Below are positions 1 through 15,040 of a stretch of 64,000 nucleotides of DNA, piece after piece. The notes beneath the pieces are model-generated. The model saw nothing but the letters and a program-made list of their open reading frames with translations. It ran no database searches and was not told the origin of the DNA. A program made the position numbers and the translations under genes. Source of the DNA: the human T2T-CHM13v2.0 reference genome, Homo sapiens; assembly GCF_009914755.1 (NCBI RefSeq), contig NC_060941.1. One strand, given 5' to 3'. Position 1 is the first letter of the stretch. Every line of letters starts with the position of its first letter.

Positions 1-418
1 AAAGAATTTTATAGCTTTGTATACTTGTAAGTAAAAATAGTAGAATCAAACATTGTATAGTCAGTATCTTTTCAACTGTGTAAAAACTCCTTGAATATTT
101 ATACATCGTATAGGAAAGAATGTCACTGCCAGAAGTTGGTTTCTACTTTACCTTTTTTAGTACTTTCAATGAAACCCAAAATGTTAAATCCTTTAAAAAA
201 AATCATTTAGTTTTCATAAATAGGACAGAATTGCTCCAGTTAGGTGAATGTAAAAATATGATATATGAGTAGGGAAATAAAAAAGTATTTCTAGTTAGGA
301 AGAAAGGACAGAGAGTAAAAGATGAAAGATTCAAGAGACCAGAAAGGACTGAACTTACGCTGTTCTATAGAAATTTACTTTCCAGAGCCCCAATGATATT
401 TACTCCAGGGTTAAGAGC

Positions 419-812
419 TGATATGGTTTGGATTGTGTCTCCACTCAAATCTCATGATGAATTGTAATTTCCAGTGCTGGAGGTGGGGCCTGGTAGGAGG
501 TGACTGCATCCTGGGGTGGTTTCTGATGGTTTAGCACCATCCTCCTGGTGCTATCTCCTGATGGAGCTCTCGGGACATCTGGTTGTTTTAAAGTCTGTAG
601 CCCCTCCCCCTTCACTCTCTTCCTCCTGCTCCAGCCATGGAAGACGTGCCTCCTTCCTCTTTGCCTTCCACCATGATTGTGATTCTCCTGAGACCTCCCT
701 AGCCATGTTTCCTGTACAGCCTGTGGAACTATGAGCCAATTAAACTTCTTTTCTTTATAAATTACCCAGCCTCAGGTATGTCTTTATGGCAGTATGAGAA
801 AGGATTAATACA
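419..812 (+). mobile_element. MaLR solo LTR (MST family, MSTB-like)
   Basis: Starts TGATATGGTTTGG and ends TAAATTACCCAGCCTCAGGTATGTCTTTAT...TAATACA, typical MST/THE1 termini. Confidence 0.85.
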
Positions 813-1016
813 ACAGTAGATACCAAAGCACATTTAATGGATTTTACTTTAATGCCAGATGTAAAATATGCATTTGGAAATTATGCTTTCAAGAAAGTCA
901 CCTTAACAAAAAACAAGGAAAGACAGTAAGATTATGAGCAGTAACCTAGTTAACAGATGCCCCTGCCCTTGCCATTCAATCTTCATTGTCCAGGCTGACC
1001 TGCTGACAGATTATTC

Positions 1017-1297
1017 TTTTTTTTGAGACGGAGTCTTGCAATGTTGCCCAGGCTGGAGTGCAATGGGGTGATCTCGGCTCACTGCAAGCTCCACCTCCCG
1101 GGTTAACGCCAGTCTCCTGCCTCAGCCTCCCAAGTAGCTGGGATTACTACCATGCCTGGCTAATTTTTGTATTTTTTAGTAAAGACAGGGTTTCGCCATG
1201 TTGGCCAGGCTGGTCTTGAATTCCTGAGCTCAAGTGATCCACCTGCACTGGCCTCCCAAAGAGCTGGGATTACAGACGTCGGCCACGGCACCTGGCC
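1017..1297 (-). mobile_element. AluS
   Basis: Dimeric Alu in reverse; TSD ATTATTCTTT on both sides. Confidence 0.93.
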
Positions 1298-1379
1298 TCA
1301 AATTATTCTTTGACTTGAACTTGATATAACGCATGTTTACTGAGAAGTTACAACAGGTCAGGGACTGTTTTAGATGTTC

Positions 1380-1920
1380 ACAATGTATCAGTGGATAAAA
1401 CAGACCAGAGACCCCTATCAGCAGGGAGCTTACATTCTTGCAGAATAGTAGAGGAAAATAAATAATAAACATATACACATTAATTATCTAGTATTTAGAA
1501 AATAAATCAATAGAATTGGAAGATAAAGAGTGCAGGTTTGGAGTAGAATGCAGCAGTGTTAAATAGGATGGTTGGGGCAGGTCTCACAGAAGTAACATTA
1601 AGCAAAGACTTATAGGAGGCGAGGTATTCACCAGACAGATGGCTGGATGCAGAACATTCCAAACAGAGAAAACAGCTAATGCGAAGGGCCAAAGGTGGGA
1701 GAGTCCCCAGCTTAGCAGAGAACTTGCAAGAAGGGTAGTGTGGCTGAAGCAGAGTAACCAAGCCATGGGGAGAACAGTCGTTAATGAGCTCAGAGAGAGG
1801 CAATGCGGGGGCGGGGGGGGGGGGGGGGGCAGGAGAAGAGGTCCATATATGAAGGCCTTGTAAATAATGTGGCTTTTACACTGAGTGAAATGGGAAGTCA
1901 GTGAAGGATTTTGAACACAG
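1380..1920 (+). mobile_element. L2 (LINE2) fragment containing a G-homopolymer (G5CG17 at 1807-1829)
   Basis: L2-typical motifs (GGAGCTTACATTCT, AGAACATTCCAAACAGAG, GTGTGGCTGAAGCAGAGT, CTGAGTGAAATGGGAAGTCA). Boundaries approximate. Confidence 0.7.
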
Positions 1921-3979
1921 CAGACTCTGTATGTAATGTGTCTGTGTGTGCATGTTTGGGAAGGAACGAGAGAGGTAAGGGGTACAAAAAGAGACCACTT
2001 AGGAGTTTCAAGACTTTCTTTCCAAGTTTAAAAAGAAGTTTTATCCACAAGGGGTATTCAGGCCATGTTTGCAAACACAGGTTTTCTCTTCCAATGAGGA
2101 ATATTGAAGAATGTGTCAATGGCCTACAACTGTATCCCTAGCAGGCATCTGAAAAATAATACTTACGAAACATTTTCCTCTGCTCATTGCCCTGACATGA
2201 GTTCTGGGCATCACCCTCTCTCAGGGGAGAGGTGAAAAGAGGTTATGTGGAACAGACAGTGATAACAGGATGACGTCACAGGTGTGCCTCAAAGAAGTCC
2301 CTGGTGAGCTGGGCTCATAACTACTCTGCAGTGATTTATTCGACCCTGCCAGCTCCAGCTGGAGAAGAGATGCAGAAAGCTGACACAGCCTAAAGCCCTG
2401 GGCAGGCATTATAAGATCTTTCTCCCTGCAGTCCCCTGCCAGCTCCTCCCCTCTTTCAACCACTGATCCTTGCCTCAGAAGCCAAAGTGTGAACAGCACG
2501 TGTCCGGATTTCAGAAACCTGCCCAGCAGTTGGAAATTCCCTGCAGCGTGTCAACTGCTACATCTGCTGTTGGCACTTGGGGCAAAGGGATCACACGCGC
2601 ATATTTTCTGAACATAAGCTTCAAGATATGAGTCTTATATTTGAAGAGGGGACTAAACAAGCCAGAACACTCCAATTACAGTAAATGCATTCCTAAATAG
2701 ACGACAATCTGCCTTCTGAAAAGGAAACTGAGACATACAAGCAAACCGAATAGCACTAAGAACAGCAGTAGTCAAGAACAAAAGCACAGAGAACCCTGAC
2801 TAATGGAAAGGATTTCATGGGCCAGCAAGGTTCACCAGATATATAATGTGATGTAGCTGAAACAACAGAGTACTCTTTTCCAAATCTCTAACTCACATCT
2901 TTTTGTCAATAAATGGCTCCTATCACTTCAGCTGCAGCCTTTCCTCTCCACTCCTTTGATCTTTCTTCCCCACCCAATTAGCCCTCTAAGTGATATTCTA
3001 TACACTGGACACCTCTTGGAAAAATGAAAAAATGTGAGCCCAATGACACCATTTGCCATAAGACTGAGCTGTAAATGGGCAGGAGCTGGAAAAGAAACTA
3101 ATCTTTGGAAGAGCAAACTACATGCCCTTGCCACCCTGGATGTAGGTGCCCAGTCACACTGCTCATGGGCATCACAGGCAGAGCAAAAAAAAAGAAAAGA
3201 AAAGAAAGAAAGTCTGAGTAAGTCTGATGGAACAAGGAAATCCCAGCTTCCTCTGGTAGTACGGCAGACTAGACACCTAGATCCATTCTCCCAATCAAAC
3301 AGCTCATTATTCTGAAAAAAAGAGTATGTTAAACATCTTTTTGAAAAGCATTCGTGAGCTAGTAAAATAAAAGAAAATCCTTTGGTCAGAGATTGAATAA
3401 AGATGGGAAACCAGATAGGTAAGTGTGGCATTACAAACAGCCTTTACCCTAAGAACATTTGCTACCTGATGAACTCGAGCTTTGCTTTCCAAGGCTGCAT
3501 GGACACAGCCAAGATCCTTATCATAAAGCTAGGGTCCCACAAGGCTACACCCCAAATACACCATTTCAGATTATGGAGTCTCTAAAATGCCATGTTGAAT
3601 ATATTTTAGAGAAATAAAAGACAAGCTCACAAGTATATTTGGGAAATAAGAAACCATAAAGAAAGTCAAAGCAGATTTGATTTAAAAAATATATGGAAAT
3701 AAAAAATTTATTAAAATTAAAAACATTGTCAATGGGGCATATTTAATAGAAGGTTAGATATAGCTATGGAAAGGTTCAATGAACTGAAAGATAGTTAAGG
3801 AAATTATCTGGAATGTAGCACAAAAAGAAGGGAGTCAGAAAAATCAAAGAAAGGTTTAAGAGACATCAAAAACTAAGCCTGATGTATGTCTTATCAGGGT
3901 CACAGAAGGAGAAGAGAAAGCATGGGGAGATGCAGTCTTTGAAAAAAGAACACTAAGAGTTTTCCAAAACTGATAGGAA

Positions 3980-4015
3980 AACCAACCAACCAACCAACCA
4001 ACCAACCAACCAACC
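3980..4015 (+). repeat. (CCAA)n tetranucleotide microsatellite, ~8 units
   Basis: Read directly. Confidence 0.95.
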
Positions 4016-4458
4016 TCATAGGTTACATGAAGCCCGACAAATACTTCGCAGGAATAATTTTTAAAAATCCAAACCTAGACCAATCACCAAAACTGTGGAA
4101 CATCAAAGATTTTAAAAAGACCTGGAAAGCACCTAGAGAGAAAAGACAGGCTGCTTTCAAAAGAGAAACAAAACAGATAGCTGACTTTAATCAACAACAG
4201 TGAAAGCCCAAAGATGTAGTAACCTATCTTCAATGGGCTGAGCAAAAGTAACTGTTAGGCTAGAATTCTATTACTGGAATAAGGGTAAAATAAAGCATTT
4301 TCAGACAAATAAAAAAATGAAGAATATTTGCCTTCAAAAGAACTTCACTAAATACATTCTAAATATAAATAGTATACTTCAGGCAGAAAGAAAATGATCC
4401 CAGATAGAGGGTCTGAAATGCAAAAGTGAATTTAACAGTAAATATACAGGTGAGTTAA

Positions 4459-4771
4459 GGCCAGGCGCAGTGGCTCACACCTGTAATCCCAGCACTTTGG
4501 GAGGCTGAGGTGGGGAGATCACTTGAGGTCAGGAGTTCGAGACCAACCTGGCCAACAAGGTGAACTCCATCTCTACTAAAAATACAAAAAAAAGAAAAAA
4601 AGAAAAAAAAAAAAAGAAAAAGCTGGGTGTGGTCATGCCCTTGTAATCCCAGCTACTCAGGAGGCTGAGGTACAAAAACTGCTTGAACCTGTGAGGCAGA
4701 GGTTGCAATGAGCCAACACTGCACCACTGCACTCCAGCCTGGGTGACAGAGTGAGCCTCTGCCTCAAAAAA
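4459..4771 (+). mobile_element. AluS with expanded middle A-tract
   Basis: Full dimer; degenerate TSD AAATAT(AC)AGGTG. Confidence 0.93.
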
Positions 4772-5289
4772 TATAGGTGCGTTTGAACAAATATTTACTG
4801 TCAAAATAATAATTAAAAAACCAAATAAATCAAACCAAAAATAACGATAACTTGTTTTATAGGGTTTAAAAGGAAAAAAGAATATACATGACAACGATGG
4901 CATGCAAATTGGGAAAATAAATTTAATAAATAAAATTTTAAGTTTTTCTGTGGTTCTTATATTGTTTAAGAGGAGAATGGAAATCTGATTAACTTTTGAT
5001 TTTGGCAAGGTGAAGTATGCATGCTTTAATTCCTAGGGTAACCCTAAAAGAAAAGAAGACTAGTGCTGGGGGTAAGGAGTAGGGGCACGACGACAACGGT
5101 GGAATGGAAACAATAATCCATCCAAAAGAAGACAGAAGAAAAAGAGAAACAGAAGAGACAGGAGAATGAGAAAGCACCCGGAGAAAATTTCTGCAAAATA
5201 TAAATCGGATAAGGGCTTATGTCCAGGTTATAGAGAGAACTCTTAAGACGTAATAATAAAGACAAACAACTTGATAAAAAAACAAGTGG

Positions 5290-6181
<892 letters not shown>

Positions 6182-7338
6182 GCAAGTGGGCAAGAGATGT
6201 AAACACTTACCAAAGAAGATATACAAGTGGCAAATAAACACATGAAAAGTCTCTCATCCTTAGTTATTAGAGAAACACAAACCAAAATGAAATAGCACCA
6301 CACATTTACTAGAATAGCTAAAATAAAAAGAAATGACAATACCAAATGCTGACAAGGATATAAAGAAAGTGGAATTCTCACTGCTGGAGGGAATATAAAA
6401 TGGTCCAACCACCACAGAAAACAGTTTAGCAGTTTCTTACAGAGTTAAAGATACACATGCCATATGATCCGGCAAGTCCATTCCTAGGTACTTACGTAAG
6501 AGAAATGAAAACACGTCCACAAAATACTTGCATATAAATGTTCATGGCAGCTTTATTCATAATAGTGAAAAACTAGAAACAACCCAAATGTTTATCAACA
6601 GGTAACTGGATAAACAAAACTACACAATATCCAGACTCCTCAGTAATGCAAGGAAATGAAATACTGATACATGTAACAACATGAATAAATCTAAAAATTA
6701 CTATGCTGAGCTAAAGAAGTCAGACATTAGTCAGACACAAAGAGTGCACACTCTTAGGATTCCATTTACATGAAACTCTAGAAAAGACAAATCTAACATA
6801 CGGTGACAGAAAGCAGATAAGCAGTCGCCTAGGGCAAGGGGTGGGATGGAGATCAACTGGGATGGGCACAAAGAGAACTTCTGGGGATGATGGAAACGCT
6901 CTCTATCTTGATTGTGATGGTTAGTAACTTGGGCATGTAAATTTGTCAAACTGACTGAAGTGCATGCTTAAAATGGGTGTGTTTTATTGTATGTAAACTT
7001 TACTTCAACAAAATTCATTTTAAAATATAGGATGATGCATATAACTCTCAAGGTACCAATAACTGCAGTAACCATCAATAGACTCAATGCTTATAATAGT
7101 CCCAAAGAGAAAACAACCGAAATGCCCATCAATGGAAAAATGGATAAACTAATGTGACTAAAATGTAAGATTACTGCAATGAAAATAAATCAACTACAGC
7201 TACACATATGAACATGGACAGAACTCGCAAACATATGGAATAAAATAAACCAGGGAGAAAAGAATATAAATAGTATGATTAGCACGATACCATCTCTATG
7301 CAAGCAAAGCAAAATTATGTGTTTTGTTTTATTTTGAC

Positions 7339-7926
<588 letters not shown>

Positions 7927-8744
7927 CCAAATTATATTTTACATATATATACATATACACACACATACATATATACATACTAGGTGATAACACTACAAAG
8001 AAAAGCAAGGAAATGAATTCGCAGGTCAGGATGATAGTTACCTGTTGGTGAGGTAACTACAGCTATACAGAGAGGAAGTACATAGGAACATCTGAGGGAC
8101 TGACAATATTCTATTTCTTAACCTGGGTGGTAGTTACATGTGTGTTTACTTTATCCTTCTTTCAGATGTTTTATACTCTCACACTCCTTTCTGTATCAAT
8201 GACATATCTACCTTCCCCCCAGGCCACAAAAAGTAGCACAGTCTCTCCTAAGAAAAGCATGTGAGAGGCCTCTTTTCTAAAAGAAGAGGGATACTAGACA
8301 TGATGGTGAAAATATGAAACAATGCTCCTTAAAAAAATCCGCCCACCCCCTTTTTAAGAGACACTATGTATCCTAAGCCAAGAGAAAGAGTAAACACTTC
8401 TACCAACTAGTCATGGACTGCGCTTTCCATGTGAGAGGGAGGTTTCCTCTACCCATGACAATAATGAACATGAACTCCAGACAGCCCTGAGTTGCCCAAA
8501 CAACAACCTTCTGCTAGCTTATTTGTTGTAGCCCCACCTGAGTGTCACGCCACTCAGAGAATTCTGACTTACCCCAACTCTCTTACCTTTACTCCTGTTC
8601 CTCTTCCTATCTCAGATCAGATTCACAGGTCACTTTCTTCATCAGAGAACAACAGTGCTCAGATTTGGGGGGACATTCCTTGCACTGTCTAGCTGCCCAG
8701 AGAAGCTTTTTCTTTTTTCTGATATCAAAGGATGGACACTTGAC

Positions 8745-8930
8745 ACCTGTGTATAATTTACTAGCTGTGCAGCCCTGCTTAACCTTTCTGATATGATTTT
8801 CCTCATCTATGAAACAGGACACAAAATATCTGTCCAGCCTGTCTCACAGGGCTGACAAGAGAATCAAAGGAAAACACATATGCAGTAACTATAAAGTGTC
8901 ATCATGTATTAGAGCATGGAGTCATTGCTG
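8745..8930. mobile_element. MIR fragment
   Basis: MIR core motif CTTAACCTTTCTG...TTTCCTCATCTATGAAACAGG. Confidence 0.65.
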
Positions 8931-9115
8931 TGGTTGTCATTACTGGTCACGCCCTCTGAAAACTACAATTCTTCCTCATATAGGCATTTACTTGGTTAGG
9001 GTCCAAAGTTCAACACTTCCCACCCCTCACCAGCCCCCTAGAACATACCTACTTTCTCTGTGAATTCAGCATACAGTATGAATCTGGCCTGAGCCCCACA
9101 CCCACACCCAAGCTA

Positions 9116-9605
<490 letters not shown>

Positions 9606-10667
9606 TCAAATTGACAAGCTATAAAACGGCAAAAGAAACGAAATCTGGGCAACATGGGATATTGCATCTCTCACTCCACACCAAAGCAGCCATGGACACC
9701 AAACCACATGGCTATCTTGGGGCAAAACAAAGACCATTTCTTCAACTGATATGATAAAAGGCTTAATTTTACTGAGATGACAATTTTCTCATTTCTTTGG
9801 CTTTTCCTATTTCTCCTTCCCCAGCCTAAATACATTCTGAAAACAAGGACCCTGGAACCCAGAAGTGGAAAGACAGGTGGGTCCCTTGACATACTCACTT
9901 CTCTTCAGGGAACTACAGGCAGATCCACAGGCAGAGAGTGCCGAGAGCAGTCTGCACTAAGCGGCCTGTCAAGAGTTCTATCTCCCCCACAGGGAAAGAG
10001 GGCAGAGCTGAAGCATGCATCCTTCTCTGGCCTGCCTTCCAAAGCCTAACCTATTCTGACCTTTGAATCTACTTCTACTTTGAATCTACTTCTCACAAAA
10101 TTCCTTGCTCAGGCTGGCTCTGTTCATTTTCTCTAAACTGAGGCATCCTGAAAATGAAAGTCAGGTGGCAACGATTCCCTACAGAAATCTACCCACAGAG
10201 ATCCTTGTAGAGAAAAAGCCCAAGGGTTTCTACCACCAGAGATGTAGGAGGAGGAATGAGGGGGCCAGTTTACACAGCTAACTCAAGCCTAACCCCTTAT
10301 GAAAGGTGGATTTCCTGTACAACTGTTCTGACAAGCGGAGGATTAGGCACTTCATACATTCTGCTTGGGTAAGAGACTCACGACAGAAGTGAATCACCAC
10401 AGAGGAGCATACTGCTTTTCTGAACGTCTCTGAGATTGTTGTATGCTGGAAGACAAGGACACTTCGGTTGCGAACCAAACTCAACTAGAGTCACCTCCCA
10501 TCACAACAATGGCATGAAACATCCCACACCTACAAGTTAAAGCTATCAGTCCTATACAGACAGCTGTAGCTAGCTAGCTAGCTCTCTCTCCCTCTGGAGA
10601 CCCACATGTGACACTCCCTCTACCTTCTGTAATTCAGGATTACTAACACCATTCAAAGCAAGCATAA

Positions 10668-11009
<342 letters not shown>

Positions 11010-13489
11010 CTACCTTAATCCCAGCTCCCAAATATTCCCTAAAAGCAGGCAATACCAATAGCACGTGCAAGAAGTGTCTCTTGGGTGCCCTCTTGCTGCC
11101 ACCGGGGCTTCTCTGCAAAGCTAAATGGATGTATGTGCTATGAAACTGGTAGAGGAAAACAGAGGGAGCCAGGGCACAGAAAAGGGAAGTTATTCCAGTG
11201 GTGGCCAATGAGTAACATCCAGTGATTTATAGGCGGTATAATCCAATAATACAGTAAAATAAAACAGTGTGTGCCTGAAGTGGTTTTGATTCCAGGAATT
11301 ATAAAACATTTTTGAAAAAGAGAGAACAAGAGGGGGAGAGAAAATGAAGGAAGAAAAAAAAAGGGCCAGATTGGAACAAATTGGGCACAGATGGGGGATG
11401 CAATGGGGTTTCAGTGCTCCCCTACCACAATGCTGCTTCAATTCTTCCCTTCAAGAAACTAGAGTTTTATTTCCTTAAATTACAAAATTTTTAAAAATTA
11501 AAATTCTTGGAGTACTTGTGGTTTAGATCAATAGGTCACCCTCCGGCACCACGTCAACCAATGAGATGACTACCGAAGTGTTAAATACGGAGGCACGTGG
11601 AGAAAGCCCTTCCTCGCTTCAGGCTCAGGAATGCCTTAGAGAGATTATCAGTTATGACATCACTCTGGGAACCACCTATCTCACCACCAGCTTTGGACCT
11701 GGTCCACGTAAGAAACACTGCTCGGTGAGAGCTGGCTTTCCCAGAACTGTTGCCTTCTTCACCCATGCACTCAGCAAATGCTTACTGAATGCCTAATACA
11801 TACCAGGCCCTATGCCAAGGCCCTCAAACGTCCCTTGTCCCACCCCTCAAATTTATCTATCCCCAACTACCTGAGTGTGCAGTATGAGGATTCTAGAATT
11901 CTGTATCCACTGACGTAGGACTCTGCATAGGGCCCAACCGAGAGGAGATCAAGGTCTCTCCACCAACACCCGTGAACCCGTGAGTTTTAAGACCACTGCT
12001 GAAACTGGAAAGTTTAGTTGGTTAAATAATGTGGCATTACTCAACTTATTTCGCCCTGTAGGAAGGGGGGCAAATCTGGCCTCACATCCTCTGCCTCCAA
12101 GAGCAGAGTGGGCTCCTAGGAAAACCATAACCTAGGGAAAGGCAAAGATGCCATTCTCTCACCACCATCTAAACTTTTCCTTTCATTTTGCCTTCTGCAG
12201 TGTCCAAAGCTTTTCTACACACTTGAAAAGTAATCACAGTAAAACGTTAGCAACAATATGATTTCCATCCTGGATTACTGATATTGCAGAAAGAAGATAG
12301 TTATACAAGGGTGGCACTGAACACACAAGAAACAAATGATTCACGGTAGCATTAGAGGCACCAGCAAAGGACACACTTTTAGAGAAAGGAATCTGCTCCC
12401 CTGTGGCTCTCCAAATCACACTCCTTAGGCACCACATCTACAGGGAAGACCCAGGTAGAGACTGTGAGGATCTCAATGGCCTGGTGGGCCACAAGATCAC
12501 TTCTGCTTCCGGCTGGAATGCTCCTTCTCCACAGAGTCCGGAAACTGACATATGCAGCCACCCACCCAGAAGGACATGTCCAAGAAGGAATGGAAAGAAA
12601 AATGATGGCCCAGATGTTCTGTAGCTTGCAGTGACTGCCAATTCACCACAGACCCCAGTACCTGGGAGGGCAAGGCAGCATCAGGCTCTTGCTTCCTGGT
12701 TTCAGGCAGCCAGGGCCCTGATGGTGGGTGGCAACTCTGACAGAATGCAGACTGGCCAGGGGAGAAACCTTTAGAAGGGCACTGGCTGACGGGACTTGGG
12801 GGTTGAACACACAGCGCTGATTTATCACTTCCTTACTCATAAAAATGTGATTCGAACTGCTGCTGATTAGTGAAGGATTTCAATCTTTACCCTCTCCCCA
12901 ACCCCCCTCCTTCTCCACCCCCGGCACAGATGCTGCTACTCAGCCACAACACCCCCTTATTGCCACTGTCCAGGCAAGCACAGCACAGCACAGGGGACCA
13001 AAGATGATGACTCATGTGCTGGGAAATGGAAAAGTGCATCTTCCCACCAGCCAGCCCTGCCGAGCACTCTGCTCGCCCCTGTCCCAATGGCAGCCCACAC
13101 AGCGGGGTCTGGATGGCCACCTCAGCTGCACACTGGGTACTTGGCAGCACGTCCACAGAGCTCTCTGTCCTCACTGAGTGTTATATCCTGTGGCCTGGGC
13201 CGTTTTTCCTTGAAACACCCTTGGAGCCTCTGAACACCTCAACCCATACTCTTCTTGGCCCCAGTGACCTCATCGAGGTGACAATGAGGTGAGAGTCAGG
13301 AGCAGACCAGTCATGAAAAGTAGGGTCTCAAGTACGGGCTTTATTTTTCCATGTCTCTCCTGGCTAGAGGGTACTCGTTATGACCCACCATGGAAGAGTC
13401 CTAGAAAAAGTGCCTTGGCCTCACATCAGGGAACAACCGATTTCTTTCTCTGTACTCACCATCTTACCTTCCTTTTACCTGTATTTTCT

Positions 13490-13813
13490 TTTTTTTTTAC
13501 TTTTAATTCTTAATTATTATTATTATTTTTTGAGATGGAGTCTCACTCTGCTGCCCAGGCTGCAGTATAGTTTGCAATCTCGGCTCACTGCAACCTCCAC
13601 CTCCCAGGTTCAAGCAATTCTCCTGCCTCAGCCTCCTGTGAAGCTGGGATTACAGGTGCCCACCACCAAGCGCAGCTAATTTTTGGTATTTTTAGTATAG
13701 ACAGGGTTTCGCCATGTTGGCCAGGCTGGTCTCAATCTCCTGACCTCAGGTGATCTGCCTGCCTTGGCCTCCCAAAGCGCTGGGATTACAGGCGTGAGCC
13801 ACCGCACCCGGCC
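13490..13813 (-). mobile_element. AluSx-like element (donor of the local duplication)
   Basis: Full dimer; degenerate TSD TACCnnTATTTTCTT. Confidence 0.93.
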
Positions 13814-13944
13814 TACCATTATTTTCTTAACCTTTACTTAACAACAGCTACAAGAAAAAGACTCACTGGTGGCCTATTAAAAGGCCAAGGTATTCCTTTC
13901 CATGGAATAGAAGCTGCTGAAAACAGATGCTTCATGGGCAAGGG

Positions 13945-14136
13945 CTTTTAATTCTTAATTATTATTATTATTATTTGAGATGGAGTCTCACTCTGCTGCC
14001 CAGGCTGCAGTATAGTTTGCAATCTCGGCTCACTGCAACCTCCACCTCCCAGGTTCAAGCAATTCTCCTGCCTCAGCCTCCTGAGAAGCTGGGATTACAG
14101 GTGCCCACCACCAAGCACAGCTAATTTTTGGTATTT
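13945..14136 (-). repeat. 192-bp direct copy of 13500-13691 (Alu tail plus right arm)
   Basis: By-eye alignment shows 3 mismatches in 192 bp and shared private mutations. Confidence 0.95.
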
Positions 14137-14926
14137 AAAGGCAGGTCCTTTACATTCACACCTAAAGAAGCCACAGGTCATTTGGTGCTGGAACAATGTC
14201 TTGGCTGAGGCTGCAGCTCTGTGACAGGTAGCTCACTGAACTCTGTGGGTTGTTTTTAGTGGGAGATGGGAATGAACAGGAGGGCACCTCAGGAGGGCCC
14301 ATTTCCAGAGTCAGGTGGGCTTCCTACTTGGTAGCAGACTGTCCCTCCCCTTTGGGCCTCACCAGCACAGCATTTTACAAACTTTGTTCTCTTCTCCCTG
14401 GAAACCAGTGCTGCCACTTAAGAATCGATGCTTCCTCAGGGCCATTTACCCAAATAGCCATCTCAGGAAAAATTAGCCAAGTTCAAAAAGGCATCTAAGC
14501 CCCTGGATCTCACTTTCTGCTGGGAATTCTAAACGCTGTAGCAGGCAGCATGAGAGGAGGAAATCCTCTAGGATTCAGAAGTAACTGAGAACCCAGACAC
14601 ACTCTGAGAGGACCCTGCCTAGTCCCAGAAAGATCCGCATTTCCATTTCAAGGCAAAGTGTGGCATATTCACTCCCCCACCACAACCAAGTGAAGCATAA
14701 CCCTTAAGTACAAACGGGGAGATAAATCAATCAACTTCATGGTGAGAGAAAGTGCTATGAAAAGGGGCAACAAGAGACCCAGCGCCACTCTGTCAAGAAA
14801 CACCAGATCTGTTTTACAGCAGGGTCTCTATGGGCCAATTCCCACTTCCTGGCATTTCTTGCCCTGAGACCAAACACTCTCTGTCAGTGTTCTGAAATGA
14901 CTCCTAGGCAGCATGGACCAAATTAC

Positions 14927-15040
14927 CCTTGCGAACAGACACAGAAAATAATGTCATCCCTGTACTACATAATTCCATCAAGTCATACCATATCATCCTT
15001 ACCTAAGTGAAATGAAGGGAACGGAAGGGAAGGGAAGGAA
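14927..15040 (-). other. Candidate recursive splice site (polyY-TAG|GTAAGG at 15003/15002) and 76-nt RS-exon 14927-15002
   Basis: Minus strand TTCCTTCCCTTCCCTTCCGTTCCCTTCATTTCACTTAG|GTAAGG; downstream donor AGG|GTAATT at 14926. Motif only. Confidence 0.35.

Noticed and set aside
12170-13300. Plus-strand acceptor (12200) and donors suggesting an antisense lncRNA
   Set aside because: Isolated splice-like motifs only; no exon chain can be established from sequence alone.
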